From: Pirellula staleyi DSM 6068
Lineage (GTDB): Bacteria; Planctomycetota; Planctomycetia; Pirellulales; Pirellulaceae
NCBI GenBank assembly: GCA_000025185.1
Contig: CP001848.1
Location: 2,550,001-2,582,000 of the forward strand
DNA length: 32,000 nucleotides
Reading direction: 5' to 3'
The translations under genes and the position numbers were made by a program. Under the pieces are notes generated by a model. The model saw only the letters and a list, made by a program, of their open reading frames with translations. It did no database searches and was not told where the DNA came from. Positions 28,705 to 32,000 of this stretch are shown here, piece after piece; position 1 is the stretch's first letter; each line of letters opens with the position of its first letter.

Positions 28705-29112
28705 GCGTAGACTCCTGCGTTAGACAATGGCAAGCGAACGATTCGAAGTTGAACCGGCGCCTGGACAATCTGGGGCACTGCACAATCTGAGGCTAATGAG
28801 AACCGCGGCCAGCACAAACTGGTCGCAGGGACTAGCCATTCTCCTCGCAAAACTAAAACGTTTGTTGGAACAAACATCTTCTGCCAAGTTCTGACCGCAA
28901 ACGCATAGCAGCGGATAACTGCCAAACCCCTCGGCAAAACCACCGCATAGGGTGGCGTTTGGAATAAGCGATATGATAGGGGGGAGGGTGTCGCGCGGGC
29001 AACCCACGCTCGGGTGGAAGAGTCCGCCAACTACAATAATTTCGCGAGTTTTACGCGAGATTTACCCAAGAGAATCTGCTGCTGCACCTCGGCTGTCGTT
29101 TCGATGTTGCAG

Positions 29113-29829
29113 CTACCCTTGTAGAGCAAAAGCGCGGCGCGACTCACTTAAAAAATGCCGCATTTTTTCGTGGTTTTTCACTCCCGGAGCTTCCTCGACC
29201 CCGCTGGCGGTGTCGACCGACTGAACTCCGCTGGTGGCAATCGCCACCCCCACGTTTTCTGGCGTGAGACCCCCGGCCAAAATCAGCGGCATGCTCCCCA
29301 GTATCGCCAAATCGCGGTGAACACTCGTCCAGTCGAGCTGTTTTCCGGTTCCGCCATACTCCTCGGTCGCGTGCGCATCGACCAGCACCGCATCGGGCTC
29401 GGAATTGGCCCGGCGCGCAACCTCCAAATAATCGGCCACTTCCGCGAGGCTTTTTTGGCTCACCCGCACAGCTCGCAGCACTCGAACAGTGCTCCCCACA
29501 CGCTCACGGACCAGTCGCACCATCTCGGGAGGTTCGTCGCCATGAAGTTGCACGATATCGAGCGGCACACGCTGCACGTGCTCAGCAATTTCATCGACCG
29601 AGGCGTTCACAAACACCCCTGTCCAAAGAACTCGCCGAGCGGAGCGTGCCATCGATTCGGTGACCAGTTGCCGAGCAGCGTCGAGTGGAATATAGCGTTT
29701 GCTCTTGCCGTAGAAATTCAGCCCGATGGCATCGACACCTGCCTCGATCGCAGCGACCGCATCATCGACGCGCGTAATGCCGCAGATCTTCACGGCAAAC
29801 GGCGGAGAGGCTGAAGGTGGTCGATTCAT
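29113..29829 (-). CDS. trpF: phosphoribosylanthranilate isomerase
   Basis: The ATG at 29829 gives MNRPPSASPPFAVKICGITRVDDAVAAIEAGVDAIGLNF... plus ...GGTG...LAGGL motifs. The track start 29862 is a GTG. Confidence 0.9.
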   Translation of the reverse strand: MNRPPSASPPFAVKICGITRVDDAVAAIEAGVDAIGLNFYGKSKRYIPLDAARQLVTESMARSARRVLWTGVFVNASVDEIAEHVQRVPLDIVQLHGDEPPEMVRLVRERVGSTVRVLRAVRVSQKSLAEVADYLEVARRANSEPDAVLVDAHATEEYGGTGKQLDWTSVHRDLAILGSMPLILAGGLTPENVGVAIATSGVQSVDTASGVEEAPGVKNHEKMRHFLSESRRAFALQG

Positions 29830-30061
29830 CGGGAGTCGCGCGAAACGAAGTGACCAGGGCACAAGCTCTGGCAGCGGAAAATGAGGCCGCCGCTCCTAGC
29901 AGCTGATCCTTTGACTATATCTTCTGCCACGTCCGATCGTTAGTGCACGTACTGCTAGCACACGAGCGATCCTGATCTTCGATGAAGTCTCACGGTGCCA
30001 GCAGCCGATATCGAAGAAGCCGAATACTCTGGAAATTCCATTTTTGTCACGACAACGGGCC

Positions 30062-31507
30062 ATGACTAAACGCCACGTCAGTACGACGCCACCGCAAGCT
30101 TCGGCCAGCACCGAGCTGACGAGCCGTTCGTCGGCTGTTCGCGTGGGAGTGTTGCCCGCTTGGCTGCACCAATCGGTTGCAGTGGCCTTGGCGGTTTGGC
30201 TTGTGGTTGTAATCGCCTGGCCCCAAGTCGATGCGAAGTTTCGCGCCACCGCGGTGGTGCTGCCGAGCCTCGCCGCCAGCGATGCGGTCCTTGCAACTCA
30301 CTGGAATGGGGCAGCAATTGAGAAGTGGATCGAGCACACGAGCATGCAGGGCGATGGCCACTCGGCATCCCTCTCGCCGCGCGTTCGTGCTCGGTCGATC
30401 AGCGAGTCGACAGCTGCTCCCATCGAACTCGAATTGATTGGCAACAGCCGTGCCGAAGTTGGGGGAGCACTCCAGCAAATAGCCGTTCGGCTCGCCGCCG
30501 ACTACATCCAGGAACATGGCAGTGCCGAGCATGCCAAGCTGGTTCAAAGTCAGATGGCTGCCGTTCGCGCCCTGCGGCTCGAAGAAGATCGCCTCCGCCG
30601 CGAACTCCTAACGGTGGAAGAATTGGCCCAGGCTGATCGCGAACGTCTCGAAGCAGAATCGCCAGCACCTTCCAGCACCGCAGTTCCGGAGGTCGCCAGT
30701 AAAATAGCCGACGCCACCGAGCAGCGCCTGGCAGAGATGCGACTCGAACTGGCTCGCCTCGAGGCAAACTACACCGATCAACATCCAGCGGTGATCGCGC
30801 TCAAAGAGCAGATCCGCCAGATCGAGCGCCAGGCTTCGCCCCCGAGTGATTCATCAAGCAATCTCGATTTCTCGTCAAACCCTGCCAACAATTCAACGCT
30901 ACCAACGCAGCTGATTTCAACCAATGTCAACGGCTATCCTTCGACCGGCATTGGCCCAGTAACTGCGAGCGAAGAAGCTCGTAATCTCGAGTCGGAAATC
31001 GCCGCCACTTCTGATCGTCGTAAGCAGGCCGAATGGCGGCTCGAAGAACTGGTGCGGTCGCAAGAGGCCGCCGCCACGCAGCTGGCTGGTCGGATCGGCT
31101 CGCCTGTCGAAGTGACCCGCGCCACTGCTCCTATCGATTCCCTTGCGCTTGTGATTGCCTCGCTGGTGGCTCTGCTCGCAGCTTACTTTGTTCGTCAGCT
31201 CTCGCTCTATGCGGCGCGCCCCACGATCCTTTCGACCGATCACGATGTCGCCACGTTGCTCGCCCTCCCGATGATTGGGCATGCCACCGCCAGCCGCAGT
31301 GACGCGACGATGAGCAGCCAGGCATCGCAAATCACACGAGCCCGCGCTCTGTTGCCGTGGGTGGTGGGGACGAGTGAAACGATCATCGCGGCTGTGCTTT
31401 TGGCGTCGATCACTGCTTGTGTGCTCGACCCAGTTCTTTTGCAAGAGTTCACCGCTAATCCGCTGGCTGGCATGCTCGAACTTTCGGCCCGGATGCTCGG
31501 CAGTTAG
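30062..31507 (+). CDS. polysaccharide co-polymerase (Wzz/GumC-like chain-length determinant), no kinase domain
   Basis: N- and C-terminal TM helices, a central coiled coil and the conserved Y-T-D-Q-H-P-A-V-I-A-L-K-E-Q-I motif. The ATG at 30062 is preferred over the track TTG at 30044. Confidence 0.7.
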   Translation: MTKRHVSTTPPQASASTELTSRSSAVRVGVLPAWLHQSVAVALAVWLVVVIAWPQVDAKFRATAVVLPSLAASDAVLATHWNGAAIEKWIEHTSMQGDGHSASLSPRVRARSISESTAAPIELELIGNSRAEVGGALQQIAVRLAADYIQEHGSAEHAKLVQSQMAAVRALRLEEDRLRRELLTVEELAQADRERLEAESPAPSSTAVPEVASKIADATEQRLAEMRLELARLEANYTDQHPAVIALKEQIRQIERQASPPSDSSSNLDFSSNPANNSTLPTQLISTNVNGYPSTGIGPVTASEEARNLESEIAATSDRRKQAEWRLEELVRSQEAAATQLAGRIGSPVEVTRATAPIDSLALVIASLVALLAAYFVRQLSLYAARPTILSTDHDVATLLALPMIGHATASRSDATMSSQASQITRARALLPWVVGTSETIIAAVLLASITACVLDPVLLQEFTANPLAGMLELSARMLGS

Positions 31508-31822
31508 CCTTTATCGCTGAGGTAAAGGTTGCCGGTTAGTGCGGCAGCATCGCGCGGTACGACTTCGCTGCTACGGCATAGCGGAAAACTTCCTGCCCCT
31601 CTTTGACGGCGCGATGCGGTTGTCGCTTTAGATGCCGCCACTCTCGTGCCGATGAGTGAATCAGTCGTTCCAACCTTGCGCGCAAACTCTGCGCGAGCGT
31701 TGCTAGCGACTTACACCATGAGGCGGGCTTTTGCCTGGCATGCAGCTCACCGCAGCCACGATCGAAAGCACATGCGTGTGCGGCCCCTTTGCCAACCGCG
31801 CGATCAGATACAGGAAATGACA

Positions 31823-32000
31823 ATGTACGAAGGTTACTTCGGGTTCACGAAGCGCCCCTTTCAGGCCGTTCCTTCAGCTGATTGCTATGTCCCCACGCCT
31901 TGCCTCGAGCAAGCTCGACAGACCCTCCATCGCTCGATCGAGCGTGCCGAAGGTCCTGCGATTGTGGTTGGTCCCACTGGTACGGGCAAAAGCGCCCTCT
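31823..32000 (+). CDS. ExeA/MshM-like AAA ATPase (5' part only, runs off the window)
   Basis: MYEGYFGFTKRPFQAVPSADCYVPTPCLEQARQTLHRSIERAEGPAIVVGPTGTGKSAL: the typical ExeA-family N-terminus plus a Walker A motif. AGGA lies 7 nt upstream. An alternative ATG is at 31817. Confidence 0.75.
   Translation, partial: MYEGYFGFTKRPFQAVPSADCYVPTPCLEQARQTLHRSIERAEGPAIVVGPTGTGKSAL

Noticed and set aside
28790-28850. Possible SAH riboswitch upstream of ahcY.
   Set aside because: Only scattered resemblance (GAGGAG, GCGACC hairpin, CAGGCGCCGG). I could not assemble the pseudoknotted fold, and the spacing is too long. It needs a covariance-model search, so I report it only as a candidate leader.
28905-28920. 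DnaA-box-like TTATCCGC (also at 10508-10516) as a hint of oriC near parAB.
   Set aside because: These are two isolated, imperfect boxes 18 kb apart with no cluster and no AT-rich unwinding element. There is no support for an origin in this window.
29896-30249. 117-aa minus-strand ORF overlapping the start of the co-polymerase gene.
   Set aside because: It overlaps a better-supported plus-strand gene and the divergent promoter region, and has shadow-like composition.
31536-31823. 95-aa basic minus-strand ORF in the gap between the co-polymerase and the ATPase.
   Set aside because: It runs antisense to the locus orientation, has no RBS or recognisable motif, and ends exactly at the ATPase start region. 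It cannot be excluded without expression data.

Overview
This is a moderately GC-rich chromosomal window whose gene content points to Planctomycetota, probably Pirellulales-like. The basis is two DUF1559 pilin-like proteins with H-X9-DG motifs and a PVC-type CxxCH heme-binding/dehydrogenase-domain giant protein. I see no CRISPR array, transposase, integrase or recognisable defence genes.

Gene order:
- 1-5141 (minus): an exbD-exbD operon translationally coupled to a large TPR-like secreted protein and a membrane protein that runs off the left edge. That last ORF is missing from the supplied track.
- 5457-9447 (plus): two tandem copies of a module made of a DUF1559 pseudopilin, a hairpin and a small lipoprotein.
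- 9589-13570 (minus): exbB, an uncharacterised secreted protein, a small polytopic membrane protein, a stand-alone Cys-rich Ala/Pro-rich secreted peptide gene and an orphan 162-aa protein.
- 13726-20379 (plus): the heme-binding giant, an L-fucose-isomerase-family protein, an SDR and a YdeI-like protein.
- 20409-22824: an EamA transporter, a secreted beta-propeller-like protein and tRNA-Pro(UGG).
- 23137-25153: parB and parA with three tandem parS sites upstream.
- 25308-29829: a DUF1015 protein, a second small secreted peptide, ahcY with a roughly 400-nt leader, and trpF.
- 30062-32000: the start of an exopolysaccharide locus (a polysaccharide co-polymerase plus an ExeA-like ATPase, partial).

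Nothing here is demonstrably a new system. The best candidates for follow-up are the duplicated pilin-like/lipoprotein module sitting between exbB and exbD, the TonB-less Exb operon with its large unknown partners, and the small Cys-rich peptide paired with a membrane protein. All functional calls come from motif recognition by eye; no database searches were run.
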